A stretch of 64,000 nt of DNA from Octopus sinensis. Lineage: Eukaryota. Location: the NCBI RefSeq assembly GCF_006345805.1, contig NW_021836168.1:1-64000 (forward strand), in the 5' to 3' direction. This document shows positions 39,059 through 53,416 of this stretch, piece after piece; position 1 is the first letter of the stretch; each line of letters opens with the position of its first letter. The notes beneath the pieces were generated by a model that worked only from the letters and a program-made list of their open reading frames with translations, searched no databases and had not been told where the DNA came from. A program made the position numbers and the translations under genes.

Positions 39059-39490
39059 TTACCGCTGCTGCTGCTACTACTACTACTACAACAACTACTA
39101 TAACGACGATGATGAGGAGGAGGGTGGTGGTGGTGGTGGTGGTGGAGGAGAAGAAGAAGAAGGTGATGATAATGATGATGATGATGATGAAGAAAAAGAT
39201 GATGATGAAGAAGAAAAAGATGATGATGAAGAAGAAAAAGATGATGATGAAGAAGAGGAAGAAATAAATGTTGAAGAAGGAAAAGATGATGGAGAAGAAG
39301 AAGAAGAAGAAGAAGAAGAAGAAGAAGAAGAAGAAGAAGAGAAGAAGAAGAAGAAGATGATGATGATGATGATGATGAAGAAGAGAAGAAGAAGAAGAAG
39401 AAGATGATGATGATGATGATGATGATGAAGAAGAAGAAGAAGAAGAAGAAGAAGAAAAGGAGGAAGAAGAAGAAGAAGAAGAAGAAGCGT
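38760..39490 (+). repeat. Compound (AAT)n/(GAT)n/(GAA)n microsatellite
   Basis: Direct observation. Confidence 0.95.
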
Positions 39491-40334
39491 AAGTAACCAG
39501 CACCCTCATTTTAGAAACATCTGGAATAAACTACATGAGAATTACGGGAAAGAAAATGTTGTTTTAGATTAGGTTGAGAATATTCCAGAAAAACGTTTCG
39601 ATGAAGAAACAGATGAGAGAAAGAGAAAGGATAAAAGAGAGTTCTGTGTGAGAGAGCGAGAAAAAGACAATTCACGAAGACGGAATAAAAGAAAAAGAGT
39701 GAAAGGAAATCCCTGTTAATTGTTGAGTTTCGTGTTTATAGTTCAGAGCAAAAATCTTTTCCGTATTTACAGCAAAAGATATGAGGAAAAAGGTTTTTTT
39801 TTTTCTTTTAAATGCCAGAAACGAGGAAAGATTCGCCATTACTAAATCCGTGTCACGTGATTGATCGTAGACGAGGAAAACATCTGTACTGGATTTCGAT
39901 GTTGTTATTCGTATCTTTTTTTCTGTTTTTTTTTAAGAGGTAGACAAACAACTGAAATAGTAACGGTTACAATAACTATTATAATGAGTGAGCCGCGATA
40001 ACCGTCCCTCAGGATATTCACACAGATATAGATGTGTATGTATGTATATTTGTATATATGCATGTATGTGTGTGTGTGTGTGTGCACGCATGCATGTATG
40101 CACGTGTATATATTATGCAGTAGCAACTAAAACATAAACAGCAACAACATCAACAGCAAGAATGAAAACTGTGCAAACTTGAAATAAACAGAAAACTGAA
40201 TTGACATTATGCAAATTTTCTACATAAACACAAAGTAGTATGATAAGGGTGTATATACATATATATATAAATATATGTGCGTGAATGTGTTTATGTATAT
40301 GTCTGAGCGTATATATATATACATATATATATTA

Positions 40335-40724
40335 TATATATATTATATAAAATCCATTCTGTCTGTCTGTGTGTGTGTCTTCTAGGACCTCGGGCATCCT
40401 CCATCCGATTGCGCTCAAATTTGATATGTAGATACCGACGGCATCAGGGCATGTATAAGTCTTGAAAAAGTTTCAAAAATCGATTCCAGGTGAGAATGCG
40501 ATCGATAAACCCGTAGGAACGTGCATTTGTACGCGCAAGTACATCAGCTGTTGCGATCGATATTACGCGTACGCAAGAAAAATGCACGTGCAGTTTGCGC
40601 AAAAAAAGCCGGCTGGCTTGAAATAATACCACAAAATGGGACGGTCGGACAAGTTGTTTTGAGAAAATTTGGTTTAAATGTTTGACAACTCAGCACCGTC
40701 GATTGGACGGGGGACGTTTTGCTC

Positions 40725-40726
<2 letters not shown>
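40335..40726 (+). mobile_element. Non-autonomous Helitron-like element, second family
   Basis: TATATAAAAT..(CTGT)n start, CCGATTGCGCTCAAATTTG, subterminal hairpin CCGTC-GATTG-GACGG, ends TTGCTCGT (CTAG-like). Confidence 0.55.
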
Positions 40727-40769
<43 letters not shown>

Positions 40770-40774
40770 GACAT

Positions 40775-41010
40775 ATATTGTCTTACTCTATTACTTGTTT
40801 CAGTCATTTGGCTGCGTCTATGTTGAAGCACCGGTTTTAGTCGAACAAATCGACCTCAGGACTTATTATTTGTAAGCCTAGTACTTATTCTATCGGGCCC
40901 TATTGTCGAACCGCTAAGTTACTGGGACGTAAACACACCAACATTGGTTGTCAAGCGATGGTGGTGGGGGCAAACACAGACACACAAGTACATACATACA
41001 CACATACATA

Positions 41011-41046
<36 letters not shown>

Positions 41047-41200
41047 ACGGGCTTCTTTAAGTTTCCGTCTACCAAATCCACTATGAAGGATTTGGTCGGT
41101 TCGAGACTATAGTAGAAGACACTTGCCCAAGATGCCAATGCCACGCTGTGGGGCTGAATCTGGAACCATGTGGTTGGGAAGCAAGCCTCTTACCACACAA
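40775..41200 (-). mobile_element. SINE group A
   Basis: Diverged full-length copy. Confidence 0.88.
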
Positions 41201-41827
41201 TCACTCCTGTATATATACACATACATACATTCATACATACACACATACATAAATACATACGTACATATATTTATATATATATATATGCACATGCACACAC
41301 AGACGCATCAGTCTAATACATCCCAACACTAATGTAAATGACATAGAGTAATATAATTTAATTTATCTTACGCTAAAATTTCTCGAATTGCAATTGTGAG
41401 TTTCACGTTGCCGATCCAGAAACGATAGTAGAAATGAAACAGCAGATGTCATATTTGTAAACAATTTAAAAGGCTGATGAATATCACAAAAGACAAGAAA
41501 ACTATTAACAGATTTCGAGTGTTTGTAAGTATTACAGAATCTTACCCATGTTAATCTTGGGCTAAAGGGGAAAAATAACATGCAGTTGTATGTGCATCTA
41601 GCTATTTTATTACGGTGCTTTTAGACTTCATTTTTAACTGGAACAATTACTATATGCACTTGTGTATGAACGAAACTGCACATTGTGTAAATGATTGGGT
41701 TATTGCGCTAATCACCGTTTACAGTAAAGGAAGGGCACGTTATATGATATAATCATAGATGGATCGAAAAATCCAACCTAAAACCACCTCTTTCTGTCTT
41801 TGAAAAAGAAAAAAGACCTACCTAATG

Positions 41828-42247
41828 CTCTTACTCTTTACTCTTTTACTCTTTTACTTGTTTCAGTCATTTGACTGTGGCCATGCTGGAGCACCGCCTT
41901 TAATCGAGCAACTCGACCCCGGGACTTATTCTTTTTTGTAAGCCCAGTACTTATTCTATCGGTCTCTTTTGCCGAACCGCTAAGTAACGGGGACATAAAC
42001 ACACCCAGCATCGGTTGTCAAGCAATGCTAGGGGAACAAACACAGACACACAAACACATACACGCATACATATATATATATGCATATATACGACAGGCTT
42101 CTTTCAGTTTCCATCTACCAAATCCACTCACAAGGCATTGGTCGGCCCGAGGCTATAGCAGAAGACACTTGCCCAAGATGCCACGCAGTGGGACTGAACC
42201 CGGAACCATGTGGTTGGTTAGCAAGCTACTTACCACACGGCCACTCC
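41828..42247 (-). mobile_element. SINE group A
   Basis: Close to consensus; (ACTCTTTT)n tail. Confidence 0.92.
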
Positions 42248-43015
42248 TGCTAATGCAGTTCTGGTTAGGTTATGCTTGGACTATAATCAGTCAGATCCAA
42301 ATTTATGTTTAAGTAGTTCTGACCGTGACCATCCCTACTGACGACTAAACTTTTCTATTGGCAGTTGTCTCCATTATCCAATGAATATTTTTTTAAAGAC
42401 GTGTATGGGTCGGTGTAATTTCAACGGGATTTAGCTGCTTTCTCTAACATGTCTAATTACCTCGTATAGGATTTCTTTTTGCCATTTGACTCGTTCTATC
42501 AGGAGTGCTATTGTAATTGTTTAGCTCCCGGTCAGACCTAACGAGGCAGACATATGATCAACGCGTCACAGTTATAAACATCCCATCTTTTAGATAATGT
42601 ATTAAAGACTACAATATCTAATCTGGACTTCCTTTGTTCATGGTAGTTAAATATGTTTTGGACTAATAATGTGTCTGCTATTTCTAACAGAGAGAGAGAG
42701 AGCGAGGCCAAAATGCCTTCGTGATTAGACTATTATGTGTGGTGGTGGTGGTGGTGGTGATAGTAGTGGTGGTTGTGGGTTTTTTTCTGGGGTCAATCTT
42801 GATTGCACAGACTTGTACTCTAAGATGACCATCCTAATGGAGACAAGAAATATCTAATACAAGATAATAATAAACTACGGAAGTGGCGATTTTTCATCTT
42901 CGTAACCGCGTTCGACACCTCGACACCAAACCAGCCCGCCGACGAGCCACCAGCGGACCACGTGCGCGTGATGCCGCTGATGACGGTGGCTGGTGCGGAG
43001 CAACGCCAACGCTTA

Positions 43016-43414
43016 TCTTTATATATAAAAGAGAAGTTGTGTGTCTGTCTCCTACGATTTAGATTCCTAACTACTCCCACATTTTGCGGTGCAGTTTAAC
43101 CAAAACCGGGTATCTTATAGTCGTGATTCATATCGAGCCCTTCTGGGTATTAGCGCGCGTCTACGATGAGTCTACGATTAAAAAAAAAAATTAACCATCA
43201 TTTTTTCCATTTTAATGCATTTTTTCGCTATTATATAAGGGAAGTAACTCTCTAAAAATGTCTACGATGAGTCAACGATTTAAAAAAAAAAAGTACCATC
43301 ATTTTTTTTCCATTTTAATGCATTTTATTGGTTATTTTTTGGCTATAACTCTCTAAACATGCTTATATAGTTATTTCCCTTACACATCCGAGCAACGCCG
43401 GGCGATACTGCTAG
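43016..43414 (+). mobile_element. Non-autonomous Helitron
   Basis: 5' TC, 3' CTAG preceded by CCGAGCAACGCCGG hairpin; inserted between A and T with no TSD; two internal ~100 bp units. Confidence 0.85.
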
Positions 43415-43435
43415 TTTTTTTTTTAATCTGTAACA

Positions 43436-43597
43436 GACACAGGCATGGCTATATGATGAAAAGTTTGCTTCCCAACCACATTGTTCCAAGTTCAGTCCCA
43501 CTGCATGGCATTTTGGGTAAGTGTCTTCTACTATAGCCTCGGGGTGACCAAAGCCTTGTGAGTGGATTTGGCAGACGGAAACTTAAAGAATACCTTC

Positions 43598-43629
<32 letters not shown>

Positions 43630-43890
43630 TATGTATGTATTATGTATGTATGCATGTATGTGTGTATGCGTGTGTCTTTGTGTATGTGTTTTTCCCCATC
43701 AACACCATCACATGACAACCGCTGTTGGTTTGTTTACATCCCCATAACTTAGTGGTTCAGCAATAGAGACCGATAGAATAAGTACTAGGCTTAAACTAAA
43801 TAAGAACTGGTATCGATTTGTTCGACTAAAATCCTTCAAGGTGGTGCTTCAGCACGGCCGCTCTCTAATGACTGAAACAAGTAAAAGATA
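43436..43890 (+). mobile_element. SINE group A
   Basis: Diverged full-length copy. Confidence 0.88.
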
Positions 43891-44482
43891 AAAAATAATA
43901 AATAAAGATAACAGAACCAGATTATTGGACATTTGATTAATATTTTTTAAGTGGTTTACTAAATCGGACATCCGGTTCAACACCACCGCCCTGGGCGCCT
44001 TCAGCAGAGTCCAGCCTATTGCATTTGTTTTGGCCAAGTCTCCCAAATTTCCTGTAAAAACTTCACGGACAATGCCCTTCCTCTTCTGAAATAGACATTA
44101 CAGATGTTGATCGACCACAGGGGATTTCTTTCATTAGGTGGTGGTTTCAAGAATTGCGTTTCGTTATTTTCATTAATTTGCCAACGTAATGTAGGAGGTG
44201 GAGAAGGAGAAGGAGGAGGAGGAGGAGGAGGAAGAGCAAAAGCAGGAGGAGGAGAGATCAAGCCTCATTATTTGTGGTTGGATGATCAGCTTAATGGGAA
44301 AACAGCAATGGAATTAGCAGAGAGGAAATCTCTGTGGACTATTGCCAAGGTTGAGCAGCTGATTAGTAATTTCACTAACAACCTATGAGTTTTGTTCGGT
44401 CGAAAAGAAATATACGAACCTATACGTATGCATGCACGAGCACCCACGAATACATACATGAAGTTATGTATATATATATATG

Positions 44483-44520
<38 letters not shown>

Positions 44521-45235
44521 AGTTATATATATATATATATATATGTGTGGTGTAGTTATATATATATATATGTGTGTAGTTTATATATATGTGTATGTAG
44601 TAATATATATATATGTAGTTATATATATATGTATATATATGTAGTCGAATATATGTATATATATATATATGTATTTATATATGTATATATATATTTGTGT
44701 GTGTATGCGTTCATATTGATCAGTTTAGAGAACTTTTGCCCCTAAGATATATTAGGTATATATAATATACATACGCACGTGCATATACATACATACAAAC
44801 AGATACACACAAGCACACACACACACATATATATATATACACGAATACAAACATATTCATCTATATATACATCTATATGCATACGCATATATACCTACAC
44901 GTATATTCACATATACAAACACCCACATATATATAGAAGCATATAAATAGATAGATATGAATAAATAGATATAGATATGGACATATGCACATACATATAT
45001 ACAGTGCAGACAGACACACACAAGCACACACACGCAAGAATATTATTCAATATGAATTATATATATACATTTTCTCCGAGTAGATATCTAACGGATAAAC
45101 CACATGAATATTCTAAATGGGGCTGAGAGAGACTAGTTTCCTTCTCATTAAATAGTTATCAGTGATCGCTTGCCTTGCCTTTCAGCTGCCGAAGTTTAGA
45201 AATGGAGAGGCCGTTTAAATTTCTTTTATAATAAA

Positions 45236-45734
45236 CTAGCAGTATCGCCCGGCGTTGCTTGGATTTGTAAGGGAAATAACTATAAAGCATTTTTAGAGAG
45301 TTATAGCCAAAAAATAACCAATAAAATGCATTAAAAATGGAAAAAAAATGATGGTAAATTTTTTTTTTAATCATTGACTCATCGTAGACATTTTTAGAGA
45401 GTTACTTTCCTTATATAATAGCGAAAAAATGCATTAAAATGGAAAAAAATGATGGTAAATTTTTTTTAAATCGTAGACTCATCGTAGACATTTTTAGAGA
45501 GTTACTTTCCTTATATAATAGCGAAAAAATGCATTAAAATGGAAAACAAATGATGGTAAATTTTTTTTTAAATCGTAGACTCATCGTAGACGCGCGCTAA
45601 TACCCAGAAGGGCTCGATATGAGTCACGACTATAAGATACCCGGTTTTGGTTAAACTGCACCGCAAAACGTGGGAGTAGTTAGGAATCTAAATCGTAGGA
45701 GACAGACACACAACTTGACTTTTATATATAAAGA
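45236..45734 (-). mobile_element. Non-autonomous Helitron, inverted relative to 43016-43414, three internal units
   Basis: Same TC...CTAG termini in an A|T target; CTCATCGTAGAC occurs three times. Confidence 0.87.
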
Positions 45735-45842
45735 TATAAAGAAATTGGAGACAAATATAACGTTATTAATTTAATGGCAGGTTAATAACTGATTATTAAT
45801 AATCATAACAACAGTGCAATGCAAAGATGTAAAGATATAAGT

Positions 45843-45884
<42 letters not shown>

Positions 45885-46478
45885 CATTTTTAACACACAC
45901 ACGCACACAGAATATAAGTATGTAAAAGTCATGTTAAGCATACATAGCTGCACACATATTCAGATGCACCTACATGAGCACACATATACCCAGGCATATA
46001 CGAACACATAGATATATATGTATACATATTATTATTTCAAGATCTTTGGATTTTTTATGGCCTATGGAGAAAAAATAGGATTTTGATATAGCCCCAAGGC
46101 TTCTTCAGTAGTTGTACATATATCTGGGGGGGGGTGTTTGTGTGTGTATGTGTGTGTGTGTGTGTGTGGGTGTGTGTGTGTGTCTGTGTGTGTGTGTGTG
46201 CGCGTAAGTATTTCGAATCAGTGCGTCTGCAGATCTGTTAGATTTTCTTCTATGTATGTATGTATATTCATATATATATAGTTGCACGTCTAGACATGTG
46301 CTTATGTACGTATGTTATATCCCCACCTCGTGTTTCGCTATTAATTGCCAAATAAACTAATTTGGAATCTGTAGCTCGTCAGCTAAATCGCTAAGTAATG
46401 AATAATTATGAAGTTGCAAATACGTACCTAAAACACATGCACAAGACAGCTACATCTTTATCCATTTAAGGGTTCGAA

Positions 46479-47349
46479 CAGGGTGTGGTGCATAAACTGT
46501 CGGCTAAATTACGCAAAAAGGAAATAACACTGACATCTCATTTTAACATATATTTACCAAAATTACATAAGAATATCGGGAAATACTAAAGAGTAAATTT
46601 ATTCAATAAAATCGCCATTGTCTTCAACCAAGGCCTCCAGAGGACTTCGGAATATCCTGCAACTCTTCTGAATGATCTTCTCGTTTAAACTGGTGAATGC
46701 TGCCATAATCTTTGCTTTCAGTTCACCTTTGGTGTGACAAAGAGTTTGGTTGGTCCCTCGCTCAAGTGTACCACACACATAACAATCAAGAGGGTTACAG
46801 TCTGGGGAGTTAGATGGCCTGATATTTGGGGTAATGGGGTCGCAGAAATTGTCTGAGAGCCATGACTGGGTTCTCTTGCTTGTGTGGCTTGGTGCACAGT
46901 CCTGTGGCCAGACATAGCGTCTTCCAGCAGCCACACTCTTGACCCAGGGCAGCAATACCTCCTCCAGGCACTTGATGTATTCCTCCGTATTGAGTCTAAG
47001 GCCGTGTGGCAAGATACATGGACGCATAACGTCGCCATCACTAGTGATCAGTACAAACACCATGATATTGCCTAGATGCTTGAATTTTATCACTCTCGGT
47101 ACATGTCCTCAGATTGACACCCAAACACTCAGAAATGTTCGTATTGGAACTCCCAGTGCGAATGCCAAGCAGTACAATATGTCGTTTCCAAATTTCTAGC
47201 AGAGTGAATTGCGTCATGGTACTGTTTTTCTCACAGATTGTGCCCAACTGACCCTACTATACAGTGTAGTCTACAAAATTAAAAACAAACAATGCGCCTG
47301 TGCGAAATTAAAAGTATAAATTGTGACAATTTCCCCATCGTACCTTTTA
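46479..47349 (-). mobile_element. maT (DD37D) Tc1/mariner element, internally deleted
   Basis: TIR-like CAGGGTGTGGTG..AACTGTC / GACAATTTCCCCATCGTACC; ORF 46599-47093 has QDCAPSH...NSPDCNPLD with 37 residues between the last two catalytic Asp; N-terminus MTQFTLLEIWKRH fused near the core. Confidence 0.88.
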
Positions 47350-47351
47350 TA

Positions 47352-47422
<71 letters not shown>

Positions 47423-47423
47423 G

Positions 47424-47487
<64 letters not shown>

Positions 47488-48105
47488 CATACACACACAC
47501 ATATATGCATACATATATATATACACATATACATTTGTGTGTGTGTACATATATAAAACCTTGCATCAGCAAAAACAAATCACGGAGATAGTTGTAATTG
47601 AGCTGCGACAATTCAGTGCCAACAATATCTCGCTTGATTCAATTCTGTGCTGCACACCTGAACCAAAACTTGGCATAAAACTCTTCCATCATACTACATT
47701 TAGGGAATTTTTTCACATTATTAGAAATAACAATTTCTGAATACGTTTTACTGTATATGTTATTAGCAATTTTTTTTTTTTTACACATAGATTCGATGTT
47801 GAAATGAAATGTTTCTATGTCTATGACAAATCTTCTTTGTTGTTGTTTTTTTGTAACCTAATTATCTTACGTTCTATATTATATGTATGTATTTTTTTCC
47901 GCTTGTTCTTAAGTAATAAATATTTGTTTCGTGACATATGCATAACTGCTTATGCGATTGTCCTACTATCTGTCTTAGCAGAGTATAATTTGCGGAGTTT
48001 ATCTTTAAAACTATAAACAGGTTAATTTTGTAACCCTAGTATGATTTATCATCCAACAGAAAGAAAGACATACATACATACATACATATATACATGCACA
48101 TGCAT

Positions 48106-48174
<69 letters not shown>

Positions 48175-48214
48175 TATATATATATATCATGTATATATAT
48201 ATATACATATACAT

Positions 48215-48245
<31 letters not shown>

Positions 48246-48293
48246 CATATACATATTTATATATATATATATTATATATATATATATATATAT

Positions 48294-48370
<77 letters not shown>

Positions 48371-48526
48371 CAATATATATATATCTATATATATATATAT
48401 ACAGATATAGATTTAGATATAGAGATAGAGAGATAGGTAGATAGATAGATAATGTATATGTATTTATATATATGTATGTATATATGTGTATATATATATA
48501 TGCATATATATACCTATACATATACC

Positions 48527-48574
<48 letters not shown>

Positions 48575-48884
48575 GTGTGTGTGTGTGTATGTGTGTATAC
48601 ATATATATACATACAATATATATACATTCGTAGATTTATGTCGAGTTTAGGGGAACAAAATAAAGAAAGAATGAAACGAAAGTAGATACGACAAAATAGC
48701 AAAATAGTGGATAACATTACTGTCATGGACGTATATATGTCATTTCTGTGTGGAACTTCCGAATTCCTAACAGCCAAGAGCAACTATATTTACGAAACCA
48801 TCACTACAGATCAACACATATCAACGAAAACAACAACAACAACAACGACTACTACTACTACTACTACTACTATACTACTACTAC

Positions 48885-48943
<59 letters not shown>

Positions 48944-49082
48944 CCATATGACTATAACGACAGTGGCAATAACAGCGACAATTGTAACAAAAAGCTATAT
49001 AAAAAATGATAGCAACGCTACAAATATTTCTGCTGGTATCTTAAAATAAGAGTTCATGATTTGGAAGAGGTCAGACATGTGT

Positions 49083-49132
<50 letters not shown>

Positions 49133-49636
49133 TGTGTGTGTCAGTGTTTGTGTGTGTTAATGTACGTGTTTTTTGTACATACATGCACACACACACATAT
49201 AAACATTAAAATACAATATTTCTATAATGCATTTATTCATATACATTTTTGCATGATACTATTTATATATATATATATATATTCATATGAAATTATATAT
49301 AAATATATATAAATATATATATATGCATATATATGTATATATATGTATATATATATAAATATATATATGCATATATATGTATACATATATATATAAATAT
49401 ATATATGCATATATATGTATATATGTTATATATATATATTATATATATATATATATATACTCATATGAAATTATATATAAATATATATAAATTATATATA
49501 TATGCATATATATGTATATATATGTATATATATATATATATAAATATATATTCATATATATATATAAACACACATAAACAAACACACACACAAGCAAATA
49601 TATATATATTTATAGAAACACACGCATAAACAACCA

Positions 49637-49668
<32 letters not shown>

Positions 49669-50244
49669 AATGTAACGATGAAATTAGATGGGTATGAGAG
49701 GAACACACCAACCACGATGAGTGATTATTTCGCAAACAACAACTTCTTTTCGCTTACGTATGTTTCCGTCGATTAAAAATGACGCGAAATTTCCTGTAAT
49801 GAATTTTATTTGGACGGATTCCATAAAATGGCTTCCATACTCCATTCTCCATTATCTCTCCGCACACTCCTAATACGGCTCCACCATAATCTCCACGAAA
49901 TTATGAGATTTGCTTACATTCAATCTTTCTCTTGTATTTTGAGTTCGCTCTCACCACTTACTCCTTCTTACAGTCTCCCAGTTATCTCCTCCTTTTCATC
50001 CACCCCCATCCACCAACTCCTTATGTGGTATAATTTTCTCTATTCCTTCGCACTTCCCCCCCTCATACACCGTCAACTGTCTCCTACTTATTCTCCTTAT
50101 ATTTTTATATATTTGTTACCTGTATTTACTAAATTTGTTTATAATATTACGACCGTCTCCCCGTTTCTCTTAATACATATACACATATATGTACAAACAT
50201 AAATACATACACACATACATATATATTTATAGACACACACACAC

Positions 50245-50275
<31 letters not shown>

Positions 50276-50959
50276 TGTATGTATGTATGTATGTATGTAT
50301 GTATGGAAAAAAGTGCTGTATTTACACGCAGGAAAAATTGTAAGAGAATTTGTTTTTGAAAATGCATCTGAATTTGAAAACCTTGTAATTGTTTTTAAAT
50401 AAATTTATTTGCATAGATACCAAACTAGTTTCAACAATTTTTTTGCCTATCAATTGTATAAACGTACGGGATTATAAAAACTTAAAATTGCCAAGTAGAA
50501 AACCTATTTAAATTATTAAACGTTCACAAAATTCAAAAATATATCAAAAATGATCGGCGAAGAATATAAAAGATGTGAATCACCAAAAGTTAGGTCAAAC
50601 TGAGAGAAAAATAAAGAAAGAAAGAAGTAAAAAAACAAAAGAGTAAACAGAAAGAGGTCATCTTGCGTGACTCTTTTTTCCGTCGCGTACAGGGTTTTTT
50701 GCTGGTAACGGAGTGTTTTGGAATTAGTGCATCTTATAAGCTTTTCTGTGAACGGATCTAATTTTTGTTTCGTTATAATTCTAATGACGTCTTATTCTTA
50801 CTGGTGGTCAAGTTTGGTGTTTTGCCTGGTTGACTTCCCTGTAGGGAATGGTTGATTCTCTTAAAGGGTCAGTTTGCTTTTTTCCTCAATGTCCGGTTCT
50901 AATTGGAGATAAAATTTCGTTGGTCTAGAGACTGGTGTCATTGTATGGTGACTTGGAGT

Positions 50960-51235
50960 TGCATTTCCAGTTGGTGAATAAGTACTTTTGGAAGTTGTCT
51001 CCAAATTTCAGTCTTGCGTGCTCGTATATTACGATTTCCAAGTATGCCATGAGAGGGTTAGCGAAAGTATGGGCTACCCTCGTTCCCATTGCAGTGCCCG
51101 ATTTTTACCTGCAGGTGTACTGGTTGAAGTTGAAGAAGTTGTTCTGTAGGATGAATTTTATTCCTTCAAGCATCATCCAGCTAAACATAGCTCTACTTAT
51201 GAATGACTGGTGAGTGAAAACAGCACTGTAAACAC
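50960..51235 (-). mobile_element. Penelope-like element reverse transcriptase fragment
   Basis: ILQNNFFNFN...*KSGTAMGTRVAHTFANPLMAYLE...NWK; breaks just before YxDD. Confidence 0.85.
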
Positions 51236-51261
51236 AAAGGACTATTTAAAGCAAGAGACAA

Positions 51262-51420
51262 ATGCAGTCCCTAAAATTGCTACTCAAAAATCACTTCACT
51301 TGGGCATCAGAGAACTTAATCTATGTCCTCAAATGTGGTGGGTGTGATGGAGACTACATAGATCAAAGTCATTTGACCTTGAGGGACAGACTGACGGTAT
51401 ACAGGCAACAAATCCGGGAA
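51262..51420 (+). mobile_element. Penelope-like GIY-YIG endonuclease fragment
   Basis: FTWASENLIYVLKCGGCDGDYIDQSHLTLRDRLTVYRQQIRE. Confidence 0.85.
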
Positions 51421-51729
51421 ATCACTCAGAAGATGCTGGACTGTGCAAACCACGATCCAGACTTCATCAAGACCAACATCACTGATGATGAGACATAGGT
51501 TTATGGTTCCTGCTCGATGTGTTCGGTCATCTTGGGTGAAAATCCGACGAGCGCGCACAACACGTCTGTACTCGAGACGTAACAGTCTGGAACTGACGCA
51601 ACCCACATGCGTGAAGACTTTCTCGGATGTGCAGGGAGGGTGGCATTACCTCCTACCCAAAAGATGTTACTCATGAGGCATTAGTTTTGGTGGCAAAAAT
51701 AAAGTCATACTTTTTGAACGCAACTCGTA
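51421..51729 (+). mobile_element. Mariner fragment with right TIR
   Basis: QKMLDCANHDPDFIKTNITDDET*VYG; ends GTCATACTTTTTGAACGCAACTCGTA. Confidence 0.75.
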
Positions 51730-52488
51730 TGTATGTATGTATGTATGTATGTATGTATGTATGTATGTATGTATGTATGTATGTATGTATGTATGTATGT
51801 ATGTATGAATGTATGTATGTATGTATGTATGCATGTATTTGTGCATGTGAGGGTGTGTGCACATATATGGCGCAATTTGAAGAAAGTTATCAAATTACTA
51901 GCTATTTCTTACTGATTTTCCATGTATTGTTTCACTACTTAGCTCAATAAAGCTACAGTGACATATATATATATATATCGACGCAGATAAACATTATGGA
52001 GACGTATAAGTAGCACACTATTATGTTCTATCCGTTTATACTCCGTGACTTAACAGTTCGACAATTATTAATCGACAAAATACATAACTCTAATAAGCTT
52101 GTGCTCGTTGATCGACTAAAATAAGACCCTAAACATGGTAGTAATATTTTACATTTGAAACATTACGGTCTTATGCAAATATATTGAAGTGCATGATACA
52201 ACAAACAGTGAAATAGTGAAATACGAATTTTGTTAAATACTGTAAAATAGGTTGACAACAATAATACTTAACCATGCAGCATATTACAGCAAAACACAGA
52301 CTAACACAATATTGTACAACATAGTAATTTATAACAAGCACATATAAAAACAATATAGTTGAATAATAATTGGTGTGAGTCGGTGCGTTCCTCTATATTA
52401 CTGAATGTGATTAAAGCAACTGTTTTTAATTAAGGTACAGGGTCAGTAGATGGGATATCCGATACCATCGATCTCAGAACTTGAATTG

Positions 52489-53057
52489 TATTGGGTTGTC
52501 CGGAAAGTTCTGCCAATTTTTAAAGGAAAGAAAGAGGTCAATAAATACTTGCCATTACATTTCTAATCAACTAAATATGAACCATTTTGTTGCAAAATGA
52601 GTCTCCATCTTTCCTTTAACTTGAAAATACCCTCTTCCCAGAAGTGAGGTGGTTTCATGGCAAATAATTCATCAAGGTATCTTTTTACGTCATAAAAGGA
52701 ATTGAAATTTTTACCATTAAGACTATTCTGCAGAGACCTGAATAAGTGGAAATCCGAAGGAGCAATATCTGGTGAAAATAGAGGATGAGGTAACACATCC
52801 CAGCCGAGCTCCAGCAATTTTTGTCTGGTTCCGAAAGCATCAAGTGCCGAAAATAAACTTTCTTATCTTCCATTTTAAAGGGTTACAGAATTAAAACAGG
52901 TTATAGGAACATAAACCTTCTTCCACGAAAAGATAGCTTAAACTGTGCTCTAAATGGAGGTGTAGGCAAATCCTATTTTATAGACTCAACCATGTTCTAA
53001 AATAAGTCGAAAGGTAAGCTACTATAAATCGGCACGAACTTTCTGGACAACCCAATA
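52489..53057 (-). mobile_element. Internally deleted mariner
   Basis: TIRs TATTGGGTTGTCCGGAAAGTTC / GAACTTTCTGGACAACCCAATA; N-terminus MEDKKVYFRHLML joined to C-terminus ELGWDVLPHPLFSPDIAPSDFHLF...NGSYLVD*. Confidence 0.93.
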
Positions 53058-53364
53058 CTTTATTTTGTCGATCCGGAAAAGATGAAAAGCAAGGTTTTCT
53101 TTGGGATTTGAACACAGGATGTAAAAAGACAGAATTAATGATGCAGCAAGACCCTTTGTCCAACATTCTGACAACTCTGTCAATTCACTTGCCTTTACGA
53201 GGTTATGTAATAACCACATACAGCAATATGCAGGCATAGAGCGATATACAGGAATACTGAAGAGTGCAAAGATATTAGAACAGATTATCATACTCCACCA
53301 CATACAATAATCTGAACGAACTTGAAGTAACACATTCTAAGAGACAGACATGCAGATACGCACA

Positions 53365-53416
<52 letters not shown>

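Noticed and set aside
50540-50610. KFKNISKMIGEEYK, HMG-box-like peptide
   Set aside because: Too short, bounded by stops, no splice support
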